Shown here: piece after piece, positions 29,548-39,359 of the stretch
How positions within the stretch are numbered: position 1 is the first letter of the stretch
Layout: the number at the start of each line of letters is the position of its first letter
Notes under the pieces: generated by a model
What the model saw: the letters and a program-made list of their open reading frames with translations, nothing else
The model's database searches: none
What the model was told of the DNA's origin: nothing
DNA from: Candidatus Calditenuaceae archaeon HR02
Lineage (GTDB): Archaea > Thermoproteota > Nitrososphaeria_A > Caldarchaeales > Calditenuaceae
Length of the DNA: 64,000 bases
Assembly (NCBI GenBank): GCA_002898395.1
Contig: BEHE01000003.1
Coordinates: forward strand, 32,001-96,000
Direction: 5' to 3'
Made by a program: the position numbers and the translations under genes

Positions 29548-29907
29548 TTAGGGCTGTTCGCTGGTCCACTCGGACATTAGTCTATCGTACCAAGAGTCTT
29601 CCTCTTCGATCTCCTCATATAGCTTCTCCCTCAGCGCAATCTCTAGGGCCTCTAGGTGATAGCATCTTGCCTTCTGCCTATGTAGGACCCTGAAGTAGAA
29701 GTCGTCACAACTGCAGTATGGCGCCTCTGGGAGGAGCAGATAATCCCTCTCCCTCCCGACCACCACCCACCTAACCCTACCACTCGGCTTGAATACATAT
29801 CGCTTAACCCTCCCGCTTTCCGCCAGGATGCGTGGAGCCTCTATACTATTACCAGAGCTCTCTCGATCTGACACACCAATCGACACTCCCGAGCCTCGAC
29901 CCATCAA
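29548..29907 (-). CDS. SWIM zinc-finger protein (start may be GTG 29874)
   Basis: YCSCDDF...CYHL. Confidence 0.82.
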   Translation of the reverse strand: MMGRGSGVSIGVSDRESSGNSIEAPRILAESGRVKRYVFKPSGRVRWVVVGRERDYLLLPEAPYCSCDDFYFRVLHRQKARCYHLEALEIALREKLYEEIEEEDSWYDRLMSEWTSEQP

Positions 29908-30658
29908 GCATCAGGACACTAGCATCGCTGAGACTGAATAACCCGCTTCTAAGCAGGGGGCTAACACCCCTACCCCCCCTTAGGAGCTGTGAGAGCTCTA
30001 CCCCCTGTAGGGCATTGTTAAAGTGAGGCATGACGAGAAGTGTGACCTGACGCCTACGCCGCGCTGTGAGGGCTCCACCCATCTTACTCGAAAGCACTTT
30101 GACGACCCTGCTTCCAGATGCTTTCATCATCAGGAATACCTTCCGCCTCGAACCCGGCTCACGCGCCAAGCTAATCACAGGGTGTGTATGCCCTATTATT
30201 ATGATCTTGGCGTCTGCTGCCTGGGGTGGAGGCCAGCAGTGGCCGTGAAGCATCCATGCCTCTCCGATCCTTATTCCCCGCCCCGAGACCACTTTAGCCA
30301 TATCGCCGGCAAGGTTCATTATGCCCGCATCATGGTTTCCAGGCGTAATTATGATTTCTCTTACCCTTGCTTTCACGGAGTGTAACAGATCTACCACCTG
30401 TCTAGACTCTCTCCAGCTAACTCCAGCCACCCTGTGCTTCACGTCTCCGAGAAGAACAAGGGCGTCCGCTCTATGATCCTCTAGGAGCTTCAGGAGCCTC
30501 TCGAGTATGTTGGGGAGCTGGTTGGGGAAGTGTATGTCTTCACGAGCAAGCTCCACCTCGTATCCAAGGTGCAAGTCCGAGACAATCAGGTATTTCTTAC
30601 CACCGCTCTCTAAGACAATCGCTGCCTCGTCTCCAGGGAAATTCAGCATCACTGGCAA
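29849..30658 (-). CDS. Calcineurin-like metallophosphoesterase
   Basis: SDLHLG, LGDVKH, PGNHD, HGH and GHTHP. Confidence 0.9.
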   Translation of the reverse strand: MPVMLNFPGDEAAIVLESGGKKYLIVSDLHLGYEVELAREDIHFPNQLPNILERLLKLLEDHRADALVLLGDVKHRVAGVSWRESRQVVDLLHSVKARVREIIITPGNHDAGIMNLAGDMAKVVSGRGIRIGEAWMLHGHCWPPPQAADAKIIIIGHTHPVISLAREPGSRRKVFLMMKASGSRVVKVLSSKMGGALTARRRRQVTLLVMPHFNNALQGVELSQLLRGGRGVSPLLRSGLFSLSDASVLMLDGSRLGSVDWCVRSRELW

Positions 30659-30687
30659 GAGAATGATGTATTTGGGGCTGTTTATCC

Positions 30688-31818
30688 TTAGCGCTTCTGT
30701 AGCTCGGCAAGCCTCTCGGGTAGGAAGTCCTTCACAATGAACTCGAGCCCATATCTCGAGAAGGCCTCCAGCTCGGCCTTCCGCTTAATCTTTCCGAAGA
30801 ACTGGACCTCACGCCTCCACGGGTCCACCGTATATCTCGGGTCCTGCTCAAGTTCCCTGAGCCTCTTAAGGTCCTGCTCCGTCAGCCTCATCGCAGGCAG
30901 CCTATACTTTGTGATGTCTGTAGCGTATACTCCTGCCCATACCGCGTCCGGAACATTTATCTCCCTAATATGCGCGGATAGGGCCGACCCGTGGATAAGT
31001 ACGCTAGCTATGTGGACACCGTAAGGATCGGCATCCGTAAATATGTATACTGGCAAATTCAGCTCCTCTCTGAGTCTCCGTATAAGTTTTCTACAGTTCC
31101 TTGGCGACTGTCCCGCCGTGTGAATGAGGAGCGCCTTGAACTTCTTATCAGCCCTCTCCTCAACGAACCTGCTGAACACAGCACCCTTCTCTATCACGAA
31201 GACCTGCTCCGCCCCGCATTTCACGAACTCGGACGTCGTCAATGCCGGCCCGATCGCGTAGCCGTCTGGATGCGTGGACAGGTCAACCCTCTGACCCCTA
31301 AAACCCGGTACCGTGTACTCAATAACTAAGTCGCCGTATATAGAGGCCCTCTCTTCAGGGAAGATATTCATGTCTTCTCTTGGATGGTTGATGAGGCTCT
31401 CCACCTCCATGATTATGTCGTCGCTCTCGTCTTGAGACTCGAAATCTATTCCTTCACCTATTGCGACATAGTATGTATCCCTAAGCGTTGATGTCTTACC
31501 ATTTGTTAAGAGCTGTTTTGCGAATTTAGACACCCAGATGAGCTGGGCGAAGGGTCTCAAATGCCGGATATTTGCTACAGTCCTCTCCGCCTTCTTAGAG
31601 CCCAGAACATATTGGCGTAGACTGTGGTCGTAGACTATGTTCTTGGTGCTTCTCACCGGGAGGTAGAGGGTTGGCCAATCACCCCTATTGAGGGCCTCCA
31701 CAACCTCCTCGCCTATCCTTTTCAGCTTGGCTAAGACCGCCCTTTTCACCTCGTCAGACTTGTAGTGCTGCCCCACTCTACCTTCGGTCCCAGCAGTCTC
31801 GCCACGCTTCTTGGGCAC
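30688..31818 (-). CDS. top6A: DNA topoisomerase VI subunit A
   Basis: STLRDTYY, FVIEK, TDADPYG and KAELEA. Confidence 0.95.
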   Translation of the reverse strand: MPKKRGETAGTEGRVGQHYKSDEVKRAVLAKLKRIGEEVVEALNRGDWPTLYLPVRSTKNIVYDHSLRQYVLGSKKAERTVANIRHLRPFAQLIWVSKFAKQLLTNGKTSTLRDTYYVAIGEGIDFESQDESDDIIMEVESLINHPREDMNIFPEERASIYGDLVIEYTVPGFRGQRVDLSTHPDGYAIGPALTTSEFVKCGAEQVFVIEKGAVFSRFVEERADKKFKALLIHTAGQSPRNCRKLIRRLREELNLPVYIFTDADPYGVHIASVLIHGSALSAHIREINVPDAVWAGVYATDITKYRLPAMRLTEQDLKRLRELEQDPRYTVDPWRREVQFFGKIKRKAELEAFSRYGLEFIVKDFLPERLAELQKR

Positions 31819-31886
31819 GAGTATCTAATGTATAGGGCGCCTAATTAACAAGACTCGAGAAATAGCCTTCTATACACTTAGGTGCC

Positions 31887-33368
31887 TCACACCTGAGATA
31901 GGTGTGAGGCAAGCTGGAAAACGATTGAGAGGAATGGTGAGGAATAGACTCCTATCAGGACGCATAGAGCCGCTAGGACTAGGAGTGGGGCAAGCATCGC
32001 CGGGCCAGCCTCTTGACCGGCAGAGGACTTCGCGGTCTCCGGCTTTAGGAAGAGTGTCTGGACAACCCTAAGATGGTACATAGCTCCAATGATTACGTTT
32101 ACCAGCATTATCGCGCCGGGAACAAAGTAGCCTGCCGAGAAGGCGGCCAAAATTATGGCATACTCGCTTACGAAGGAGTTTAGTCCAGGGATTCCTGCAA
32201 GGCTAAAAGCCCCTATAGAGTATGTGGCGGCTGAAAGTGGCATCCTTTTACCCACCCCTGATAGCTCGTCTAGGCTCCTCGTCCCAGTCGACTCTATGAG
32301 GCAGCCAGCGGAGAGGAAGAGCAGGGCCTTCGCGATTGCGTGGTTCATTACGTGGAGGAGTGCGCCAGCCAACGCCAGCGGGGTATTAATGCTAAGCGCA
32401 AGAACAATGTAGCCTATGTTTGCTATGCTGCTGAAGGCTAGAAGCCTCTTAATATCGCTCTGTAAAGCGGCCATAAGATTGCCAATACTCATGGTTAACA
32501 ATGCAAGGGCCATAAGGCCGCTTCCCCATCCGTACATCTCAGGGGGATACAGAAGAGTAAACACGCGAACCATTGCGAAGACACCTGTCTTGATCACAAC
32601 ACCTGAAAGCATAGCGCTGATAGGGCTGGGAGCAGCCGGATGCGCGTCCGGAAGCCAGTAATGGAAGGGGGACATGGCTATGTTGACTCCGAGCCCACCC
32701 ACGATCAGGACAAGGGCCGCCATGTTCCAGAGCTCGGATCTTACCCCCTGACTTGCCAAGATGTTCGACAGCCCATCGAACGTGAGCGTCCCCGTCAAGC
32801 CGTATAGGAGGGAGAGGCCGAAGAGGATGGCCGCTGAACCTGTAGAGCTCATTATCAAGTATTTCAGCGAAGCCTCGACAGCCTCCCACTCCCTATAGTT
32901 GAAGGCTACAAGCAAGTAGGAGGAGATGCTCATGACCTCCCAGAATACGAAGAAGGTGACAAAATCGCCTGAAAAGAAGACGCCAACCATGCCTAGAACC
33001 ATGACCAATAGGAGCGTGTAGAACTCCGCTATCCTCTCTTTGACGTATCCGAGAGAATATATCGCTGACAAGAGCCCTATGCCGAGGATTATTGACGTGA
33101 AATAGTATGTGAGTCCGTCAGCGAGAATCATAGAGCCCTGCACCTGGTTGAACCTCGTCGATAGTGTTCCGGAGTGTGTTGCCTTGTTGAGGCTCTCCCA
33201 GAGCGTGTAGGCCAATACCAGTGATGCATACACGCCTATTATCCGCGGAGCCTTCGATACCCTCGCCAACACCATCAATACCGGCGAGATGAACACAGCA
33301 GCTAGAAGGAGGCTCAGAATAGGAACGGTCACAATCCCCGGAATCGGTTCAGCCATGCTTGACACCAC
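31887..33368 (-). CDS. Proton-conducting membrane subunit (MrpD/NuoN/MbhH-like)
   Basis: About 14 TM helices; FVFWEVMS, WLPDAHPAAPSPISAMLSG, KRLLAFSS and NHAIAKALLFL. Confidence 0.88.
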   Translation of the reverse strand: MVSSMAEPIPGIVTVPILSLLLAAVFISPVLMVLARVSKAPRIIGVYASLVLAYTLWESLNKATHSGTLSTRFNQVQGSMILADGLTYYFTSIILGIGLLSAIYSLGYVKERIAEFYTLLLVMVLGMVGVFFSGDFVTFFVFWEVMSISSYLLVAFNYREWEAVEASLKYLIMSSTGSAAILFGLSLLYGLTGTLTFDGLSNILASQGVRSELWNMAALVLIVGGLGVNIAMSPFHYWLPDAHPAAPSPISAMLSGVVIKTGVFAMVRVFTLLYPPEMYGWGSGLMALALLTMSIGNLMAALQSDIKRLLAFSSIANIGYIVLALSINTPLALAGALLHVMNHAIAKALLFLSAGCLIESTGTRSLDELSGVGKRMPLSAATYSIGAFSLAGIPGLNSFVSEYAIILAAFSAGYFVPGAIMLVNVIIGAMYHLRVVQTLFLKPETAKSSAGQEAGPAMLAPLLVLAALCVLIGVYSSPFLSIVFQLASHLSQV

Positions 33369-33403
33369 TCATTTAGAACTGAAATTTATGGTTACCATAC
33401 CTT

Positions 33404-34204
33404 CTAGGCCGACCTGGAGAAGAAGTCCATTCTCCCCCCATCTACGGAGATTACTTGGCCGGTGATGAATCCGGCCCGGTCGGAGGCTAGGAAGGCGACT
33501 ACCTCCGCTATGTCCTCGGGCTCACCTACCCGCCTCAAAGAGGTTATCGACTCCAGTTGCCTGATAGCCGCCTGCAGCTCCTCGGCTGGCCTATTCATCG
33601 TCATATCGGTCTTCGTGAAGCCAGGTGCTACAGCGTTCACTGTTATCCCATACTCTCCCAGCTCGAATGCAAGCCTCTTGGTCAGAGTTATTATCGCCCC
33701 CTTGGTCATGGCGTAGTAGGTCGTGTTCCGCGAGGTGGTTCCGAAGGCTGCTATAGAGGCTATGTTGATGATTCTGCCATACCGCTGCTTTATCATGTAT
33801 TTGAGGCTCGCGGCTATGCAGTAAATGACGCCCTTGACGTTGACCTCGAACACTCGGTCCAGTATGCTTATGTCGTCAAGCACTCCACCCCTTATGAGGA
33901 TTCCTGCGTTATTGACGAGTATATCCAGCCTGCCGAAGGCTTTAACAGCCTTCTCGACCATCGCCTCAACCTCCACTTTTGACGAGATATCCGCTCTAAT
34001 CGCTATCGCCTCCCCACCCCACTCAACTATCCGAGAAACCACTTTACTCGCAGCCTCCTCACTCTTGCTATAATTACAGACGACCTTCGCACCACTGAGC
34101 CCAAGTTTAGTCGCTATCGCAGCACCTATCCCGCGCGAAGCACCAGTCACAAGTGCTACACGACCCTTCAGAGAATCGGAGACCATCAGAACACCTGTAA
34201 GCAC
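33404..34204 (-). CDS. Short-chain dehydrogenase/reductase (FabG-like)
   Basis: TGASRGIG, NNAG, YAMTK and VNAVAPG. Confidence 0.93.
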   Translation of the reverse strand: MLTGVLMVSDSLKGRVALVTGASRGIGAAIATKLGLSGAKVVCNYSKSEEAASKVVSRIVEWGGEAIAIRADISSKVEVEAMVEKAVKAFGRLDILVNNAGILIRGGVLDDISILDRVFEVNVKGVIYCIAASLKYMIKQRYGRIINIASIAAFGTTSRNTTYYAMTKGAIITLTKRLAFELGEYGITVNAVAPGFTKTDMTMNRPAEELQAAIRQLESITSLRRVGEPEDIAEVVAFLASDRAGFITGQVISVDGGRMDFFSRSA

Positions 34205-34255
34205 TCCACGATTTATGTAATACGTATTTGTCTAAGTCCTCTATCTCTTTATCAT

Positions 34256-34804
34256 GTGCGGTTCGGAATAGTGACTGCAATCATAACTCTCGGAGCGTAT
34301 ACTGTGCTAGGTTTGGCATTAGCTCCTATCGATGGTAGGGAGGGGTTTGCCTTAATCCCAAGGGATGTGGCTTCATTCTTTCCCCACATCATAGCCGTAA
34401 TCAATCTGTCCACGGTGGTTCTTCTTCAGCTAGGGTACCGAAGCATCCGGGGAAAAAGGATATCCCTGCATGCAGTTTTCATGGGCGCCTCCTTCACACT
34501 TATAGTAGCATTCCTAGTCCTATATGTTTTGAAGGTTGCCACACTGGGTCCAGAGGCCTACAAGGGGCCAGAAATCCTGCGAAACTTAGTCTACCTCCCC
34601 GCCTTAACAATACATCTGACACTCTCCATCATATCTGTCCCACTCGTAGTATACAACGCCCTGACTGGACTCTGGCTCAGAGCGCAGGCGGGGATATCAC
34701 ATCATCGACGTGTGGGGAGAATAGCCTACCCTGCGTGGACAGTCAGCCTAGTCTTGGGGCTACTCGTCTATGCTATGCTACGACTTCCGATAGGTGGGGG
34801 TTAG
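34256..34804 (+). CDS. DUF420 family membrane protein
   Basis: HAVFM..FLVLY...LTIHLTL...HRRVGR...SLVLGLLVY. Confidence 0.8.
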   Translation: MRFGIVTAIITLGAYTVLGLALAPIDGREGFALIPRDVASFFPHIIAVINLSTVVLLQLGYRSIRGKRISLHAVFMGASFTLIVAFLVLYVLKVATLGPEAYKGPEILRNLVYLPALTIHLTLSIISVPLVVYNALTGLWLRAQAGISHHRRVGRIAYPAWTVSLVLGLLVYAMLRLPIGGG

Positions 34805-35802
34805 GTGACGGAAACAGCCCCACTCATTATCTCCAAGGCTCTGTGACAGGCTACAAAGTGACCCGGCAAATACTCGATTAGCGCCGGCTTCTCGATTCTA
34901 CATCTCTCAGTAGCTACTGGGCATCGTGTGTGGAATTTACAGCCGCTGGGCGGGTTCAGGGGGCTGGGCGGCTCCCCCCTAATCACTGGCCTCTTTTTCC
35001 GCCTGTTGGCCGGGTCAGGCTCGGGAACACTGTTTAAGAGCAGGATGGTGTAGGGGTGGATTGGCGTCTTCAGGACGCTTGCCGTTAAACCGGTCTCAGC
35101 TATCTCGCCGAGATACATGACGGCAATCCTCTCCGAGACATACCTAGCCGTAGCTATATCGTGTGTGATGTAGAGGACACCCATCTCCCTACTATCCCTT
35201 ATGCTCTTCAGGAGTAGGAGAATCTCAGCCCTGCTTGATGCGTCGATCATCGAGACCGGCTCGTCGGCGACGATATACTCTGGGCCGAGGACTAGGGCCC
35301 TAGCTATGTTGACTCGCTGCCTCTGCCCGCCGCTGAGCTCGTGCGGATACCTGTTCACAAATTCCTCAGGCGGGACCAGCTTAACATCCTCAAGAGCTCT
35401 ATAGACTGCCTCCCTGATCTCCTCTTTACGGTATCCATGTATCTCCAGCGGCTCCGCGACTATGTCGCCGATCCTCATAAATGGGTTAAGACTGGAGTAT
35501 GGGTCTTGAAAGATTATCTGCATCTTCTTTCTGAAACCCTTAGCGCGAAGCTCCTCTTCCTTCATCCTCGAGATGTCCTGGTCCTTGAAGACTACTTTCC
35601 CCGCGGTCACATCTAAGAGTCTGAGAGAGACCCTTCCGAGAGTGGATTTTCCACAGCCTGACTCTCCTACAACGGCCACGGTCTCTCTCTTCCTAATCGA
35701 GAGCGTCACGCCGTCTAGAGCTTTTAGAATCTTCGAGCCCAGCAGCCCTGACCTGACCTCGTAATATTTTTTAACATTCTCGAGACGTATTACCTCCTCC
35801 AC
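34801..35802 (-). CDS. oppF: Oligopeptide ABC transporter ATPase
   Basis: GESGCGKS, LSGGQRQR, ADEP and GCKFHTRC. Confidence 0.9.
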   Translation of the reverse strand: MEEVIRLENVKKYYEVRSGLLGSKILKALDGVTLSIRKRETVAVVGESGCGKSTLGRVSLRLLDVTAGKVVFKDQDISRMKEEELRAKGFRKKMQIIFQDPYSSLNPFMRIGDIVAEPLEIHGYRKEEIREAVYRALEDVKLVPPEEFVNRYPHELSGGQRQRVNIARALVLGPEYIVADEPVSMIDASSRAEILLLLKSIRDSREMGVLYITHDIATARYVSERIAVMYLGEIAETGLTASVLKTPIHPYTILLLNSVPEPDPANRRKKRPVIRGEPPSPLNPPSGCKFHTRCPVATERCRIEKPALIEYLPGHFVACHRALEIMSGAVSVT

Positions 35803-35805
35803 TCC

Positions 35806-36768
35806 TCACTCACCGTGAAGCCAACACCTAGCTACGTGTCCCTCACCAACTTTGAAGAGTGGTGGCTCTTCACTCCTGCACTTGTCAAAGACATAGGGGC
35901 ATCTTGGATGGAACCTGCATCCGGGGGGCGGGGATGCTAGGTCTGGTGGGCGGCCCGGAATGAATTCGGGTATAGTCTCTCCCCTGAGCCTCGGTATGCT
36001 CGCCAGCAGCTTCTCGGTATATGGGTGCTTAGGTGCTTCGCCTAGAACCCTCTCAGCCGACCCAAGCTCAACAATCTGCCCACCATACATAACCATTATT
36101 CTATCCGCAATATCGCTGGCCAGTGCTAAGTCGTGTGTGATGAACATTACACTTAGGCTGAGCTTCTCGATGAGGTCTTTGACAAGGTTTATTATTTGGG
36201 CTTGGATGGTCACGTCGAGTGCCGAGGTTGGCTCATCGAGTATCAGAATTCTAGGGTTCATGACCAGCGACATAGCGATGACGATTCTCTGCCTCATTCC
36301 CCCGCTCAGCTCGTGAGGATACCTGTAGTAGAACTCGCGCGGCAGCCCTACGAGCTCAATCATGTCCATAGCCCTTCTCTGAGCTTCTCCCCTTGAGGCC
36401 CCGCCGTTATATATGAGAGGCTCGGCAATTTGATCGCCCACCTTTAGGACAGGGTTCAGAGAGTTCATCGCCCCTTGGAAAACCATCGATATGACCCTCC
36501 AGCTATACCTCCTCCTGAAATCGGATAGGCTAAGGGATAGGATCTCCTCACCGTTGATGTAGACGCGGCCTGAGACTATAGAGGCGTTGGCTGGGAGAGC
36601 CCTTATCAGGGTTAAGCCTAGGGTGGACTTGCCGCTCCCTGACTCGCCTACAACGGCGAGGCTCTCACCCCGCGCCAAGCTGAAAGACACGTCGTCGACA
36701 GCCCGTACAGTCCCTTTCTCCGTTCTGTAGTAGACCTTCAGCCCCTCAACTGTTAGTGCCTCATTCAT
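35806..36768 (-). CDS. oppD: Oligopeptide ABC transporter ATPase
   Basis: GESGSGKS, LSGGMRQR, LDEPTSALD and GCRFHPRC. Confidence 0.9.
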   Translation of the reverse strand: MNEALTVEGLKVYYRTEKGTVRAVDDVSFSLARGESLAVVGESGSGKSTLGLTLIRALPANASIVSGRVYINGEEILSLSLSDFRRRYSWRVISMVFQGAMNSLNPVLKVGDQIAEPLIYNGGASRGEAQRRAMDMIELVGLPREFYYRYPHELSGGMRQRIVIAMSLVMNPRILILDEPTSALDVTIQAQIINLVKDLIEKLSLSVMFITHDLALASDIADRIMVMYGGQIVELGSAERVLGEAPKHPYTEKLLASIPRLRGETIPEFIPGRPPDLASPPPGCRFHPRCPYVFDKCRSEEPPLFKVGEGHVARCWLHGE

Positions 36769-38193
36769 CTATGCTCTGGTCCTCCCCCTAACCCTCGGGT
36801 TGACGACAGGCTCAAGTCCCAGAGAGATCATCACGAATGTGAGCGAAGTAATTATTATTAGTATTCCAGGTGGCAGTATCCACCACCAGTAGCCAAGATA
36901 TACCGCCGCGCTTCTGAATCCAAGCTCGAGTATCTGACCCCAAGTTGGGAGAGAGGGGTCTCCGAGACCGAGGAAGCTCAGCGCAGCCTCAAGGAGTATG
37001 AAGCTGGGTGTGAAGAAGATAATCTGTGCGATTATGAAGGGGGCTATGTGTGGGAAGATGTGCCGCGCCAGTATTCTCAGCCTAGAAGCCCCTACGGCGC
37101 GGGCCGATTCTATGAACTGTGTTTCGCGGAGCTGTAAGACGATCGATCTCGTAACTATTGTTAGACCTGGCCAGCCGAAGGCCACGAAGGCGAAGATGAT
37201 TATCCATAACTTAGCGCCGAAGCTGAAGACTAGGAATATCAATATGGGGAGTAGCGGAATGTTATTCACAAAGTCTGCCAGCCTCTGGATTATATTGTCT
37301 ATTCTGCCACCCATGTATCCGCTCACTAGTCCTAGTGTAGCACCTATGCCCGTTACTATGACAGAGGTGATTACGCCTATGAATAGAGATATGGGGAATC
37401 CTAGGAGAAGACCAGTGGCTAGGTCACGCCCAATCACGTCAGTCCCCATCACGCCATACGCCTCGCCGCCTATCAGGATTCTGACCCGCTCTATACTAGT
37501 CTCACCTGTACTCTGAATGGCCGTCAGTGTAAATCTATAGACACCATTCAAGGGGGTGATTGAGTCCTCTCTCGGAGTCCCCATCAAGTACCGCTGAGGC
37601 CCCTCCTGCAGAATCCTGTTAGGAGAGACAAGCATGTCGAATCTATCCCCATAGAGCTGTGCTAGGTTTCTCGCAAATTCATCACTAGAGGATATCAATA
37701 TCCTCTCGGGGGCCTGCTCAAACCGGAGAATAGGTGGACTCTCACCCGGCCTTGGTGGCGGCACTGTAAGCCTGGCAGCCTCGACCGAGTAGCCATCAGG
37801 TCTCACGATAGTTAGGACTAAAACTGGGGGTGTGCCTGTGTATCTGAGCTTTTCAACGGCTAGGGTTAAGTATGAGGGATACGTATCAGCCCTGTAATCA
37901 TAGAGCAAGTCTATCGACTTTGTGTTGCCCGAGAGCTGAACACTGCTTGCGATCAGGGTAGTGGTTTCGAGGAGTTTTTTCTCTGAAAACAGGTTAACCC
38001 ATGCCGGAGGTCCGCTTTTAGGATAGTCCACCCAATACTGGGGGTTATTCCACTGGCTAGAGATTTCTGCAACTGGGAGGGCCGTAACCGTGTAGAGGGA
38101 AACTCCTGTCAGGATGATCAGGAGTGCTAGGCCGACCCTTCCTGTCCAGGTTGACCAGAAAATTTTGAAACCTCCCTCGAGCTTAATGCTCAT
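36769..38193 (-). CDS. oppC: Oligopeptide ABC permease with a large extracellular loop
   Basis: MGTDVIGRD, ESARAVGAS and EAALSFLGLG. Confidence 0.9.
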   Translation of the reverse strand: MSIKLEGGFKIFWSTWTGRVGLALLIILTGVSLYTVTALPVAEISSQWNNPQYWVDYPKSGPPAWVNLFSEKKLLETTTLIASSVQLSGNTKSIDLLYDYRADTYPSYLTLAVEKLRYTGTPPVLVLTIVRPDGYSVEAARLTVPPPRPGESPPILRFEQAPERILISSSDEFARNLAQLYGDRFDMLVSPNRILQEGPQRYLMGTPREDSITPLNGVYRFTLTAIQSTGETSIERVRILIGGEAYGVMGTDVIGRDLATGLLLGFPISLFIGVITSVIVTGIGATLGLVSGYMGGRIDNIIQRLADFVNNIPLLPILIFLVFSFGAKLWIIIFAFVAFGWPGLTIVTRSIVLQLRETQFIESARAVGASRLRILARHIFPHIAPFIIAQIIFFTPSFILLEAALSFLGLGDPSLPTWGQILELGFRSAAVYLGYWWWILPPGILIIITSLTFVMISLGLEPVVNPRVRGRTRA

Positions 38194-39236
38194 ATCCTCA
38201 CCCTTGGGTCAACGACTATGTATAGTACCTCTAAGATAAATCTGGCCACTACGTAGACAAGCGTGAACATGTACACAAGCGACAGTATTAATGCCTCATC
38301 CGACTGAACTATTGCCTCAAAAAACAATGTCCCCATGCCCGGCCAGGTGAAGACGGTCTCCGTGAGTATTGCGCCGCCTATAGAGCCCGCAAGTCCCAAT
38401 ATTATGTTTGTCAAGATGGGCGGTGCGGCCACCCTCATGATATACCTCCTATTTACGAGGTTTTCAGGCAAGCCCTTGACCCGGGCCACTTGGACGAAGT
38501 CCTCCTGCGCGATATTCAAGACAATAGTCCTTGTCACATATATTGTTAAACCGACATTGACGATGACTAAGACTGATATTGGGAGTGCCGCGTGCCAGAT
38601 AACATCCAGTGCCCGAAGGAGTGGTTCTGACGGCGGGGGTGAACTGTAGAGACCACCATATGGGAAGAACTTGAGATAGAAAGCAAATATCAGGATGAAG
38701 AGTATACCCAGCCACCATGTCGGCACAGCGTAACTTATTGCTGAGAGGAAGGACGCGGCCCTATCCAGTCTAGAGCCTGGCCTTGTAGCAATCCTCACGC
38801 CGAGGAATATTCCTATCAGGAAGTTAATCGCAATCGCCGTTGAGACAAGTATCACGGTGTTGGGCAGCCTCTCCATGATTATGTCTGAAATCCGGTTGCT
38901 TCCCGTGAATGTTTGGGCGAGCCTAGCCCTCCCGAGGTCTAGAGTGATGACTCTGAGCAGCATATTGGGCAGACGCTCATACCATGGCCTGTCGAGACCA
39001 TAGCTCCGGATCAACTCCCTTCTATACTTGGCGACTGCCTCTTCGAGGGCCTGCGTGTCGTGGATCTGACCCGCAATTGACTGCCTATACAGCCTAACCT
39101 CCTCGTTTATGATTGAGGACAGTACCCGGTCTGAAAGACCCGTAGCGCCGAATATTACTACTACGAAGAAGAGGACGCCGAATAGAACTAGAATTAGTGA
39201 TAGCGCCTTGAGGGCGAGCCTGGTGTATATCCCCAA
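38190..39236 (-). CDS. oppB: Oligopeptide ABC permease
   Basis: YGLDRP, RLPNT, ARVKGL and ETVFTWPGMG; start probably TTG 39236. Confidence 0.9.
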   Translation of the reverse strand: MGIYTRLALKALSLILVLFGVLFFVVVIFGATGLSDRVLSSIINEEVRLYRQSIAGQIHDTQALEEAVAKYRRELIRSYGLDRPWYERLPNMLLRVITLDLGRARLAQTFTGSNRISDIIMERLPNTVILVSTAIAINFLIGIFLGVRIATRPGSRLDRAASFLSAISYAVPTWWLGILFILIFAFYLKFFPYGGLYSSPPPSEPLLRALDVIWHAALPISVLVIVNVGLTIYVTRTIVLNIAQEDFVQVARVKGLPENLVNRRYIMRVAAPPILTNIILGLAGSIGGAILTETVFTWPGMGTLFFEAIVQSDEALILSLVYMFTLVYVVARFILEVLYIVVDPRVRI

Positions 39237-39359
39237 GCTGAGGTATTGAATGTGGGAAGCAGTATTAATTCCTAACCCGGAGAGCTTATACGAGAAGACT
39301 ACTAAGTGCACAGGTTTTCTTGTAAAAGCTTATATCTGTCAACGGGTCATCCTAGTGCG

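Noticed and set aside
39237-39359. Overlap of the oppB and oppA ORFs
   Set aside because: Upstream extensions in the ORF track. The region is better read as a divergent promoter.
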